Positions 1-12,948 of a DNA stretch of 64,000 nt are shown piece by piece. The position numbers and the translations under genes were made by a program. The stretch is from the NCBI GenBank assembly GCA_030390025.1, contig CM059448.1, forward strand, positions 14,074,001-14,138,000, read 5' to 3'. This DNA is from Squalus acanthias (lineage: Eukaryota). The notes under the pieces were generated by a model, which saw nothing but the letters and a program-made list of their open reading frames with translations, had not been told where the DNA came from and did not search any database. How positions within the stretch are numbered: the first letter of the stretch is position 1; every line of letters starts with the position of its first letter.

Positions 1-769
1 GGTTCAGATCACACCATAAATGGCAATGAGTCACCTGAACCTCAAAAGGCCTAGGCTGTAGCATTTAATAGGTGGTGGTTGCAAGCTGTTGGGTGAGCGA
101 GTACATACACGAGCAAGTGTCAATGACCAGAGACTTCTGGATACCTCAGTTTAAATTTTAGAAAGCTGCAAAGGTGTGAAGAAGTTCATCTTGCACTGCC
201 AAATTTATACTCGCCTTCATCAGTCAGGAACTGGTCGATGCTAGAATTTCCAGAAAATAATCAATTACTTTGCATTCTTATAATTGTGTCTACCAAGAAG
301 TCTTGTAGTTCAACATGAAAGCAGCACAGTCACTGTGCAATGCAATTTGAGACACTTCAGGTTTGCACACAGGAGTGCTCGATTAGTTTGGTGGCCTCTA
401 CAAATATTAATATCAAGAATATTCAATAATATAAAGACTGTCAAAAGTCTGTAGCTCGAGTGTGCTGGAGCATAATTGGGCACAGTCGGAGTTGCATTTC
501 TAGAGTACCTAACTTATGATTGTACCCCCGTGTCAATTAGGCAGAATAGATCATTTGAACAATCTGCAGAGCATTTTTGTAACAATCTTATAAAAATTAG
601 GGCTCCCCAATAAGTAGATAAATCAATCAAGTGATGTGGCAAATGAACCACACAGATCAGGTACAAACACTGGCCTGTGTGCTGCTGCTGATCACAGCAG
701 CCAAGACAGCATTGGGAGCACGACAATTTTCCTTGGTGTCCCTGTGCTTTGAGGAAGTGAGGGAGAGAA

Positions 770-990
770 TAATCTAATCTAAATAAAAATCAGCTATCAA
801 GTGACTCCTGCTTGAAAGGGTGCTCTAGACTATGATGCGCTTTCCACAGTCAACCTCGCAGAGTTCACTGTCTAGACTTACATATGAAAGAAGGCTAGTG
901 TGGAGAGGTATCCTCTGGCAATAATGGAATAATACTTTTGCATGAGTCACTATCTTCAGGAAAGGAATGGAGAAAATTGGAGAGGGTAAA
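770..990 (+). mobile_element. Old SINE-like dispersed repeat fragment
   Basis: Shares a GCTATCxAGTGACxCCTGCT...CTAGxCT block with copies near 43060 and 44530. Confidence 0.45.
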
Positions 991-1460
991 CACTAAAAAC
1001 GGAGGTGGTGTACGAGTTGCATGTAAAAATCTAATGTTAAAACTTCTAGATATACAAGGGCTTTGATAACCTGACAGAAACCAACTGTGTTATTGCTTCT
1101 TCCACAATGGATACTATAATACAGTAGAGGACTGCAACACTGGTGTCCCTCTCTATTGCTTCAGTGATGTTCTGTTATGCAGAATTAAAGTAAACACCTA
1201 GAGGCATATAGGAACAATTGTTAAAACATAAATGACTAGCATATCTCCATTATCAACACAACAATTGTCATGGCATGATCTCAATTCCGAGATCAAATAC
1301 CAGTATTTGCAGAGACAGCATTATGTGGGAGAAACAGAAAAACAAACCATCAAAATCCAAAAATAACTCTAGAATGTACATAATGCAGAAATTCTGCCAT
1401 GTTGAGGACTACTAAACACAACCAACAGAGCATCACAATCTCCAATCAAGTTTTTCTCAC

Positions 1461-1537
1461 CCCAGTGGCAGCTCATTAGTCTGGGTATTGTCATAATCAC
1501 TGTCTGTTCCACTGCCACGTTTGTCTAGTTTGGACAC
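1461..1537 (-). CDS. GIT1: GIT1 exon VSKLDKRGSGTDSDYDNTQTNELPLG
   Basis: tttatag|GTGTCC...CTGGG|gtgaga; 77 nt, phase 0/2; resembles GIT1 SKLSRHGSGADSDYENTQ. Confidence 0.94.
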
Positions 1538-2149
1538 CTATAAATGAAAACAAAATGTGAGCACAGCAATATGATGTGCAGATACCTAGGCAGAATTGTT
1601 AAAGCAATTGTTCATTAGTAATTATTACAAGAACATTGCAGGCAGCTAAATGGGAGAAGTTTCCTCAATTCCCCATGAGAAACATGAAAGCAACTTTGAG
1701 AATAACTATGTCAAATCAAATTCACTGTTCAGTGACTGAAATTCAGCATCCAAGTTTTATAATTCTGAATTTTGATCATGAAGTGGTTAAGGAGCAAATA
1801 ATTTAGTTTGCTCAAGATAAAAGCAGATCAGATAATTTTAAGCTTTCCAGGTACTCAAAAGGAGGAAGGACAGGGTGGTTTTGATAGTGGTGGTCTCCAA
1901 TTCTTCCCCATAAACACCTTCAGTGTTTTTAATAAATAAGCAGAACTTGCATTTTAAGAAAGGCTCCCCCGCCCCTCCATTCAGAATGTTCTGCTGTACC
2001 ACTCGCACCTTAAATCAGAATTGACATCGCCATTGGGCCCATAAACATTCTAATTCTGTATCAGCCATTACTTGAAGTACAGAAATTGTAGAACTTGATG
2101 TGGTACAAACTTAAAGGTACATCATCTATTCCATTACTCTGAGTAGGGA

Positions 2150-2360
2150 ACCTCCTCCTCCTTCGACTGCATTCCCACTAAATGCCTGATCTCACAACTT
2201 CCTTTCTGGGTCCCTATTTTAGCCAATATTATCAATAGTTACCTCTCCTCAAGCATTGTTCTTCTGCCTTTCAATACAGTCATCACCCCCTCAACAAAAA
2301 TCCCACCCTCGATCCTCTAGCCTCACTAATTACTGACCCATCTCCAACCTCCCTTTGCTC
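2150..2360 (+). mobile_element. Degenerate L2 LINE RT fragment
   Basis: Remnant K..TLDP...NY(R)PISNLP. Confidence 0.7.
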
Positions 2361-3105
2361 ATACCTTAATTTGAAACTAGATTGATGAAGAGCAAAAGTC
2401 AAGTCACAGAACTGTAATAACTCATTACAACTTTGGCATTCTTAGATAGTGTTTCCATTGTAAATAGCCACAATCAAATAGCTAGAATGAACACAAAAAA
2501 GGCAAACCCATTTTTCACCATGTCACCTGGCTCAATAGATTTGAACCCTTTCACCAGGCATTGCTCAGACTCAGTACGCATTAAAAATACTTGATTATTC
2601 TATATTAAATGAACTCCACATTTTAATATAGGATAAAGAGCAGGACCAATCACGCTTTCTTTTTCTATACTTTTCGTTGGAAAAACATTTTCAAATGCCC
2701 AATTGGAGAATTCATTAAACTATCAACATTCTCAAAGTTAATTTCATCATTTAATGAAATTATAACCAGGCACTGTGCAAAAACAAAAAAGGTAAAAACA
2801 CAAAGTTTCTTTGAATTGAATATCAAGTTCACATTCAATAGCAAAATTTGTAAATCTTATGGAAATCATTACAAAGAATTACTGGGAAAAACTATAATCT
2901 GCAGATTAGGAGTTCAATATTAAAAATCAAAATCTCAGAGGTTCAAAGAGATTGCTATACCAAGTCAAAGGAATATAATTCCAAGAGAAGTCTCCAGATT
3001 CCCATTGCAACACCAGTTCACATCAATGGGACCACTACATAAATGAATGGGCACACATCACAGAGCACTGGATCTAGCCCAGAACACAAGCCGCTAGGTG
3101 CACTG

Positions 3106-3308
3106 ACTTGGACAGGGGTTTTGTAGATTCTCTCACCTCCTGCCAATGATATACTTTTCTTAATTTCAAAAGGGAGAGATCATTTTCAATATAGTCTTTT
3201 TTTTTTAATAAGGGATTAAAAGTGCCATTTGTGAAGTACAAATCTGCCAGCTGTAGCACTAGCATTTCATAGAATCCTTTACACAACGGTGTGGACCTGT
3301 CCAAGTAT
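3106..3308. repeat. ~200-bp unit, copy 1, bounded by an 11-bp inverted repeat
   Basis: Highly similar to 3828-4023; ACTTGGACAGG...CCTGTCCAAGT. Confidence 0.9.
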
Positions 3309-3827
3309 AGAAAGTTTACAAATTTTGCTATGGAAACCTGGACTAGATATGACTTCAGAACATTCATTTCTTAACTGCATTTTTGAATGGTTGTTTTCAT
3401 TTGTAACAGTTCTAACCCAGTAGGAATACCCTAGAAATATACATTAAATTCACAGGTTAGCAAAATGACTTAAAGATGGTTCTGAAACACAAGACTTGTT
3501 GAACCTTTTGAATGTTCTGAATCACAATTTTTTTTATAACTAGATCCTTTTTGGCATACACATTGAAGAACAATTAAGATATTTTCAACTTCTGCACATC
3601 CCCTTGCCCCTGCACCCAAAGAGTCAGCAGTTATGGGGTTAACAGAAAAGGAAAAGTAATAAAAAGTGCATGCATTTTTCAGAAGAGATTAAGCTTTTTT
3701 TTATACCTACGCTATAGCAGATGGTTCCAATATATCACAGTTTTCCTGTTTCAAAGGCATCTTTTTGATGCTGCATAACTGGTGGTGTGCAGATTGAACA
3801 TTTTCCTTTTTTCTCATTATTAAAATC

Positions 3828-4023
3828 ACTAGGACTGGGGTTTTGCAGATTCTCTCACCACCTGCCAATTATATCCTTTCTTCATTTCAAAAGGGAGAGA
3901 TCATTTTCAATATAGTCTTTTTATAAGGGATTAAAAGTGCCATTTGTGAAGTACAAATCTGCCAGCTGCATCACTAGCATTTCATAGAATCCTTTACACA
4001 ACGGTGTGGACCTGTCCAAGTAT
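3828..4023. repeat. ~200-bp unit, copy 2
   Basis: Direct repeat of 3106-3308 with a few substitutions and a shorter T-run. Confidence 0.9.
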
Positions 4024-5160
4024 TAAAATCTAAACGTAAAATCAAGTCCTTTGTCTTCACCACTGCAATTTCATAATGAAAAGCCAGACTGGTCTCAAAT
4101 AACACTTTCAAGTCTTAATGTGTGGTGACTGTACATTTGCATATCTAAGATGGAAAAGTCCATATATGGATTGGGTGGGAAGGGGGATGGGAGGAAGAAA
4201 CAAAATCCCAAATTCTCAAGCTAACCCAGCTTCGTGATAATTTGAAAATGGACAAATACTGCATGGCTACAAGCAAATCAGTAATTATTACACAGAAATT
4301 AAAAAACTGAAAACTACAAAACTTCTCCAAATCTTAAAGATTTGCTGAAATTTGACTTTGTATATCATCAATGGAAGACACAATAAGAGAGATGCCGTCT
4401 CCCTAATATGGGTCCAAAAATTAGGAAAATGGACAACACAAGTTTAAAAGTGCACATAACACACATATGGCACTCAGCTTATCCTAAAGGGGAGATTGTG
4501 AATTAGAATGGTTTGTCAAATATTTCTGTTAGATGGCTTCCAAGAGGACTAATCATGAACACTGTATTAATAACTTAATTTTGCCTATAGCTATTCAAAA
4601 GTAACTTTCATTTTTTTAATTCAATTTTTTCAGCTTCCTGCAAGAATAGCAAACTTGTCCCCTTAACTGTTGAGCTCAATACATTTTACATTTATTTTAT
4701 GTAAATTGTAAGACTTCATTAAATCAATAACTGGAGGTTTGCAAATGTATTAATTGATTATACTAACTTGCACTCCTTTGGAATACAGTTGGCTAAGATT
4801 GCAATGGATTCAAGTACAAAACTTGAAAAAAAGCAAGAATGTGAACCGGACCCCACCCAGATTCCCTTTGTTGTCCTCATCTATAACCTGAACACTACGA
4901 GAAAGGCGAGAGGACAAGGCACTTTTACCATCAAACGGTAACCAAATCCTGATTCAAGACAACCTTGCAAGCAAGGTGTTAACTATGATTATCCTGAACG
5001 GTGAGATCTCAGAATCATCTGCCATTATGCGTGATACCTTCTTCATGCAGTTTTCTAATTATAAAAAGATTCCCCTTTTACTTTAAATGGAAAATATCAG
5101 AGACTTTGATTGCAATATTCTCATTCAAAAAAAAAGTAATCTTGATTGAACACTAAGAAT

Positions 5161-5892
5161 TTAACCCTTTGAGGACTACAGTAGCATTTGTCTATTAAAA
5201 TTAAAGATGAAAGTTTACAAAAATGTAAAGTCTTCCCCGCATCACAGATTCTGGTGTATTTGGTTTTTATAATATTCAGTTCCAATTTACAATAAATCCC
5301 ACTAATGGAAACTTAAACAGGTTCTGACTACTTCAGCAAGCACCAAGTTCTCAGAGGGTTAACAACTTTGAGGATTACGAGAACAGTTCTGCACTTTCCT
5401 TTGAGAAATTCTACTGGAATTTTGACTCAGTTTTTGTAAATCTAAAATGGGATACAAGTAGTTGAGGGAAAGACAACTACCTGTACTAACTGCTATTAAA
5501 TCAGTTAAAAAATTGACAGTCAAAATTTATAGGCAACAAAAAAAAAAATGAAAGCCACTCACAGGAAAAAGCATTTTTGAAGAATAGAAAGACGCCCCTA
5601 GTTTCTGTGGGCAAGAGTAACGGAGTTCGTGAATATTTTCCCTCAATTGTTTGACCCACTGCTGATTTTGCTCTGCAAAGTTACCATTGATCTCCTACCC
5701 CCCCAAAGACTTTTTATAAATTAGACTATAAAAAAAACAGATGTTCAACTTTTATAATGCTTCAGTTAATAGTTTCCATACCTGCTATTAAAACAAAACA
5801 CAATTTATTAGCTGCTTTTATTTAAATTTACAAAACCTGTGTCTCAATAAGACTGAAAGATGGAGGAAGAAAAGCAGTACTCAAAGGGTTAA
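5161..5892. mobile_element. piggyBac-like non-autonomous element(s) flanked by TTAA
   Basis: TTAA-CCCTTTGAGGACT ... AGTACTCAAAGGG-TTAA; internal AGTTCTCAGAGGG-TTAA-CAACTTTGAGGATT at 5346-5376. Confidence 0.65.
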
Positions 5893-6414
5893 TATATGGA
5901 GAAACAGGAGTAGTCAGGGGAAACCAAGAAAGAAGTGGAATTCTTGAATGGCAATGGCCTTGCTTGATAAATGTATAATCACTGAAGGCCATTATACTAT
6001 TCAAGAGGGTAAAGATGTTAAGGCTGTCGAAAGGGAAGCAGTAGCTAGATGGGCAGTGTTGATGGTAACAGCTCAGCAACAGGGGCTCATCTTTTGGAAT
6101 GCCTCACAAACACACTGCATACCCATTTTCAATTCACCCTATTCTTTTCCCATCATGTTTCATTATGCAGCTTTTTCCCCAGTACAGCTGTAAACAATCC
6201 TCATTTTCCTTCAGATGACATCACTCTATATCAGATGCTTCTTGTTTTTTAAAGAGGAGGAATGGTATAGAAAAAAATTACTTTAGAGAACACAACAAAA
6301 TATCTTACTTAAAAAATTAACTTTCATACTTATCTAGGAGATTTACTCAAAAAATGGCTGTAGCAATTTGTTATAATCCATTTTTTTTTCAAGTTATGTA
6401 ATCATTATTAATGT

Positions 6415-6680
6415 AGCATCTCGAGTCTGTTCCGCCATTCTATTAGATCATGGCGGATCTGTACCTCAATTCCATTTACCTGCCTTTGCTCCCTATCTTT
6501 TGATACCCTTACCCAACAAAAATCTATCGATCAGTCTTGAAAATGTCAGTTGACCCCGCATCCACAGCCTTTTTCAGGGGTGGGAGGGAAAGAGTTCCAA
6601 ATTTCCCCTACCCTTCTCAAAGGCTTAGCTTTATTTTAAAGATTATGCCCCCTTGTCCTGTATTCCTCTGCCAAACTAAA
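6415..6680 (-). mobile_element. CR1 LINE 3' fragment, degenerate
   Basis: Similar to the 3' end of the CR1 at 35828. Confidence 0.8.
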
Positions 6681-7555
6681 TAGTTTGTCTGCCTAAAATA
6701 GAATCGAGGCTATTCGACACTGAGCAGCAATTTTGAAGATATTGGGAAAAAAAAACTTTATTGGTTTCTCCATCAGAGACCAGTCCAGTTAATAGGCAAA
6801 TAAATGAACTGGCGAAATTGGCATGAAATGGCAGGAACATCTTTCGGAAAGGGGACCATATACATTTAATTATTTTTTTCAACGTTTGGCCCTGCATACC
6901 ATATTAGCAGAGGGGTTAGGACAGCATTTTCGGGGCCAGCTTCAGTGATGTACAGCAAGTATAAAGCTCTGGGGTCCTTTGTCAAGTGACCAAGTTTGTA
7001 TTTTTTTTTTTTACTGTACCATCTACAGTACCAAGTTGATCTAATGCAAGATTGCCACTGTAATACTACATACTGTGTTCAGGCCAACTTGACAATGTAA
7101 TATGATTCTGTGACAAATTATTGACTATATAAATTCTATTATAACACACTGGAGGTTTGCAAATGGTGGATTTCCATAGGTCCTTTGGTGAGGAAGCTAA
7201 CACTACATGACGAGTCAAATTGCTCCTTCCGTACCAACATTTCTATGGTAAATTAACAATTACAACTGTGGTATGAGAACAGACCATGGTTATATTCATG
7301 AGCCTGTCTACATTGCACTGAAGCTTATTTGCAATGTACAGTTTCACTTTTGATTATTTGGTTCATTCTTAAATTTAAGAAAAATAATTGTTTGAAAGTT
7401 GTTTTGACATATTCAACTAGGCATTCCAAAAAAAGAACCTCCCATCTTTGAAGGGAAAAGAGAAGCAAAGATTATAGAAGGAACAAAATCCATGCAAAAA
7501 GGCACGGACACAAGAGCCTAGAACACTTGCTGGAATCCTTTCTGCCCCTTCTTAC

Positions 7556-7666
7556 TTGAGCCCAACTGAGATGGTACTTAACCACGGATCTGCCGCAGTC
7601 CTGTGAACAGGAGTGCAGCGGAGAGAAGGGAAAGGGTACAGAGGTCACGGAGACACCCCTGCGAAT
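7556..7666 (-). CDS. GIT1: GIT1 exon IRRGVSVTSVPFPFSPLHSCSQDCGRSV(VKYHLSWAQ); donor ambiguous (exon ends at 7583 or 7556)
   Basis: ttacag|ATTCGC; resembles GIT1 IRKGVSASAVPF...SCSQ; in-phase donors GTG|gttaag and CAA|gtaaga. Confidence 0.88.
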
Positions 7667-9359
7667 CTGTAACATGGAAGGGACAGTGTAAACAATGGCA
7701 TGCACATAGACATTAATGAACTTTCAAAAATAAACCATGCATGTAAACTTGTTATAGACAAATATTGGTTAAACAGTCTCATGCTGACGAAGTCAAATAA
7801 AAGCAGAGTCATCTTATGTCAGATCTACTGGTAGATTGTGAATTGTTAATGCAACGTGCATATTGAATTAATGAAACAAAATAGCACAAATGAAGCAACA
7901 TTCACATAAAACCGTGTAATGAACCAATGTGATTTCCCTTATTTAACTATTTTCAAAAATAATGTTCGCAAAACAATTATACTTTAGATCAATTCATTTA
8001 ATTAAGTTCTCATGATTCATTTAATTAAGCTTGATCATTTTTCTAGATGCTCTACAGAGTCATTAGCAACTATCAGATAAAAATGCTTTTTCAAAAATTG
8101 TTTGAACTATTGAAAGTGTTGGCACATATCCATAACCTGTATGTGCAAATTTCACATCTGAAATACATGGTTTCGAACAAACTTTTTTTTTAATTAAAGA
8201 CAGTGCAATTATACATATATATACACATTAAAAATATTTGTGCACCCACAGTATCCAGTTCTCTTAGTGCAAATTCTATTCCCTCATCTCACTGACTGGA
8301 TCAGTCCTAGCAGTGACTGTCTCTCATATCTACTCATTATCTCCATGATGGACTCAACTAGATTTCATTCCAGTCACTAGATGGAGTAGAACCATAATGT
8401 AGATGCCCAAATATGTTAAGATAATTAGTGACACCTGATGGGAATTGGGCTTTGTTCATTTCCCAAATTTAGAACATTTATTGGGGGAAGGGAGGGCCAA
8501 TTCAAGGATTTCAGACAGAACCTTTCATAATAATTACACTCGTCTCCAACATTTGGGTCAACCCAGTACTAGAGACTGTCGAATTGCAAGATCTTAAAAA
8601 GTAACTGAACTTATTTAACTGAAAAAGAATAGTTTCATTAAGCCATTTAATCTCAGTCGTTTAGCCAACTCTGCACAATTAAATCCACAGTTAAGTTGAT
8701 TTGGGGCAGTGGCTTTTAACACTAAAACAGAAGTGATACAAAAATCAAACTGTACCTGAGGTCATTGCATAAATCCAAAGTTACATGGAATATATTTTCA
8801 CTTTAGAGTTTTAGGATCAAGATCACTAAAATGAGGACAGATTAGATACTGTAAATTGAGCACAAAAGCTATGACTGGGAACAGAGCTACTTGTAGCAAC
8901 TATATGCGTTTTGTGATTGCTCAATGCCACAAACCTCTGCACATCTCTGTCCTTGAGTAACTGATGGAATTTATAATTCCTGCATCTGTATTAGCTGTGG
9001 CCATTATCATACAAATGGGAGTTTTACACAAAACTGAATCCGGAGTACAAATTGCCTAATAGGCTATCTGAATACAGCAGCATCTCACTAGTTAGTAAAT
9101 TTCAATCAAAACTCTGCACTGCAGTTAGGGTTAGAAGAAAAAACATCAATTACTAAAAAATATTTTTCTCCATCAAAATTTGGAGCCTGGAAAACGAGAC
9201 ACAGTGGGGGGTTACTGCACAACTGTTTTACAGGACATTGTTCCTAAACTAAACAGATATCAGAGCTTCGTTAATACTGATTAAGCAGTATAACAAGCTA
9301 GAAAAGGTCAATGCACTTTAAGTTTGAAATGAAATCCATATTGCAAAGCAGTAACTCAC

Positions 9360-9578
9360 ATTGCAATCCAAAGGCTGAAGTCTTGTGGCAATGTCATCGG
9401 CGGTTTGTCCAAAAGATTTCTGCCCAGATCTGGTTTCGTACATGGAAACGGCTTGCCGATCACGTCTACTTGCACTTGCATGGGGGGCAAGGTCCTGGCG
9501 GTCACTGGTAGCTGGTGACGGATGCAGACTAGGAGTTTGTTGTTTCATTTGTGCATTCTCTGTCTGCAGTTTGTTAAT
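9360..9578 (-). CDS. GIT1: GIT1 exon INKLQTENAQMKQ...RRDRQAVSMYE...TRLQPLDCN
   Basis: atttcag|ATTAAC...TGCAAT|gtgagt; 219 nt, phase 0/0; RRDRQA.SMYE and TRLQP are GIT1 motifs. Confidence 0.95.
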
Positions 9579-11507
9579 CTGAAATGTAATGAAAAAGAGA
9601 CTCACAACATCTTAAAATAGTAGTTTAATATCTATTAAGGAGGACCCATCTTCATTTTGTTATTGCACAATTTAAACACTATTAAAAATTACTGACAGCA
9701 ATACATAATATAGGAGGGCATAGAGGACTAGGATTCAGTACTCAAGATGTGACTAAATTCTGTTACTGAATAATTGTTTTACATTTCGTACCCATATTCC
9801 CATTGTTAGCAATCAGTGATTACTAAATATTAATGTGGTTTTGTACAAATACATATTTATCTCAACCATTTTTATTTGTCCAGTCCAACAAGCCAAAATA
9901 GGCTAGGGTGCCTGAAACCATCTGAAGAAAGTGAGGGCAGCATTAGGTAAAGCAAAAGTGCCAGTGCAGAGTGCTACAGTATGGCAGTATACAAGTTTGC
10001 ATCCTCAATTTCCCACATGGCAAATTCCCATCAGGTCATTGCAGGCAAGAATAAAATAAAATTGGCCCCCACTGCCGACTTTGTAACAGCAGATTCCAAA
10101 ATGATCTTGACAGAAGATGTAGAGCAGGTTGACTGTCCAGGAAATCATTGTTTAAAAACACAGGAGGCCGCCATTTGGCTCCTAACTCTTAAATAGCTAT
10201 AAACTTAGTCCCAGTCCCCTGCCCTTTTCCCACGCCATTTTACATTTTTCTTTTCAAATATTTATCCTTTTCCCTTTTAAAAGCTATTATGCATTCGGTT
10301 TCTAGCACCGTTTCTGGTACAAAATAATTAACTAAAAAATAGAACGCCCAAAAGAGAGGGCTGTGCAGTAAAACAGACAGGAACGGATTAAATTATTAGA
10401 ACTGAAATCTGAGTACTGACTTGCTAATATATGGAGTCTATTTATAATGGCTAACCATAGGAATATTCACACCTGGGTTAGATGTTCATGGTGTCTGTTT
10501 ATTTGCATGTTACACATTTTCTGCTGATGCTCGAAACTTTAAAAAAAAATGCAAGACAGTAAACAAGTCGACAGTGACTTAAATTAAGATGCTGTACAAA
10601 AATGAGTTGGACAACCTAATAAACAATTTGTTGCTGAAACCAGGGCAAATTCAATTCCAAGTTACTAGCACAAACAGCATTAGTGTTCCTGTGCAAATAT
10701 TCTTTGACGTTAAGTTGACTTACTAGATAAGACTAATACTTGAATGTGGCGTAGCCCCCCACCAAATTTTAATTTTACATCAAAGCTTAGAGGTTGCGCA
10801 GCCAAATTCTCCAAAGTAAACATCAACTCTGAGGAATGATTTGAAAGTCCATGGGCCACAGTCACCCATTTCTTTGACAGAAGGTTTTAAGTTTCATTAT
10901 TTATTATAACATTGTTACTATTTAACAAAAATACTAATCAAATGCAAGTTATTCTGTAGTGCTGACAGACACTATGCAAATACTCCACCAAATACTGTGA
11001 CTAACACTTAAAATGACCAATGATGTCCTTGGATGACATGTTACCATGTTTGTAAACCCAGTGGTGTGCAAAGTCATGAGGTGCACTCCATTACACTGTC
11101 ATATTGCTGACTGCAATGACAACTAAAAATTTTTTTAAATGCAGATACATGATACAATACCTGGTGGCCAAAATGCTGGCACGAGGTAATACATTTTTGC
11201 ATCAAACTGCTACACAAACTCAGTTTGCTTAAAAAAAACTCTCCACAATGTCGTCAAAATACTCCTTTTAGGGCAATGTCAGTAAAAGCTGCGGTATGGC
11301 ATTGCGCTACATCATCTCAAACATCCAGCCCAGCAGGCAGCTCAGTGGTCAGCAGTGTTGTGTTGCTTCCAGTCTGATAGCTGGGAACAACTAACCTCTC
11401 AATCAAAAATACAGGCAACTGCCTTTTTTCGAATAGTAGACTTGTGCCAGTAAGAAGATTTAGTGTATGAGACCAGAATGCTGTTGTAGAAAACAGTGTG
11501 CTTAAGG

Positions 11508-12948
11508 ATATAAGAAATAGGAGCAGGAGTAGGCCATTCGGCCCCTTGAGCCTGCTCTGCCATTCAATAAGATCATCTCCACTTTCCTGCACTATCCCCA
11601 TATCCCTTAATATTCAAAAATCTATCGATCCGTCTTGAATATACTCAACGACTGAGCCTCCACAGCCCTCTGGGGGTAGAGAATTTCAAAGATTCACGAC
11701 CCTCTAAGTGAAGAAATTCCTCATCTCAGTCCTAAATGGCCAACCCCTTATTCTGAGACTGTGACCTCTGATTCTAGACTCCCCAGCTGATATAGATTAT
11801 GAATAGCTGAGGCCCAAACACTGATCCTTGCGGTACCCCACCAGTTACAGCCTGCCATGCCGAAAATGACACATTTATCCCTACTCTGTTTTCTGTCCGT
11901 TAACCAATCCTCAATCCATGCTAATATATTACCCCCAATCCCATGAGCCCTAATTTTGTTTAATAACCTCTTGTGTGGCACCTTAGCAAATGCCTTCTGA
12001 AAATCCAAATACATCACATCCACTGGTTCCCCTTATCTATTCTGCTAGTTACAACCTCATAACGGATTCGTCAAACATGATTTCCCTTTCATAAATCTGT
12101 GTTGACTCTGCCCAATCCTATTATTATTTTCTAAGTGCCCTGTTACCACGTCCTTAATAATAGATTCTAGCATTTTCCCTACTACTGATGTCAGGCTAAC
12201 TGGTCTGTAGTTTCCTGTTTTCTCTCCCCCTCCTTTCTTAAATAGTGGGGTTACATTTGCTACCTTCCAATCTGTGGGAACCATTCTAGAATCTATGAAA
12301 TTTTGGAAAATGACAACCAATGCATCCACTATCTCTATAGCCACCTCTTTTAAAACCCTAGGATGCAGGCCATCAGGTCCAGGGGATTTATCGGCTTTCA
12401 GTCCCATTAATTTCTCCAGGACTATTTTTTTACGAATTATAATTTCTTTCAGTTCCTCATTCTCGCTGGAGCCTTGGTTCTCCACTATTTCCGGGAAGTT
12501 TTTTACATCTTCTTCCGTGAAGACAGACACAAAGTATTTGTTTAATTTCTCTGCCATTTCCTTATTCCCCATTATAATTTCTCCTGTCTCAGCCTGTAAG
12601 GGACCCACGTTTACTTTCGCTAATCTTTTCCTTTTTACATACCTATAGAAGCTTTTACAGTCTGTTTTTATGTCTCTCGCTAGTTTACTCTCATTCTATT
12701 TTCCCTTTCTTTATCAATTTCTTGGTTCTCCTTTGCTGAATTCTAAAATTCTCAATCCTCAGGCTTACTACTCTTTTTGACAACATTATAAGTCTCTTCC
12801 TTTGATCTAATACTATTTTTAACTTCTCGTTAGCCACGGTTGGACCACTTTTATTGTGGGGTTTGTGTGTCTTAAAGGAATGTATATTTGTTCTAAATTA
12901 TGTATGAATTCTTTAAATGCTAGCCATTGCTTGTCTACCGTCATACCT
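11508..12948 (-). mobile_element. CR1 LINE, 5'-truncated and internally deleted
   Basis: ORF2 pieces KSPGPDGLHPRVLKE, NYRPVSLTSVVGK, YLDFQKAF; CR1 3' UTR. Confidence 0.95.

Noticed and set aside
4729-7165. Shared ACTGGAGGTTTGCAAATG near 4730 and 7148
   Set aside because: A short isolated match with unrelated flanks
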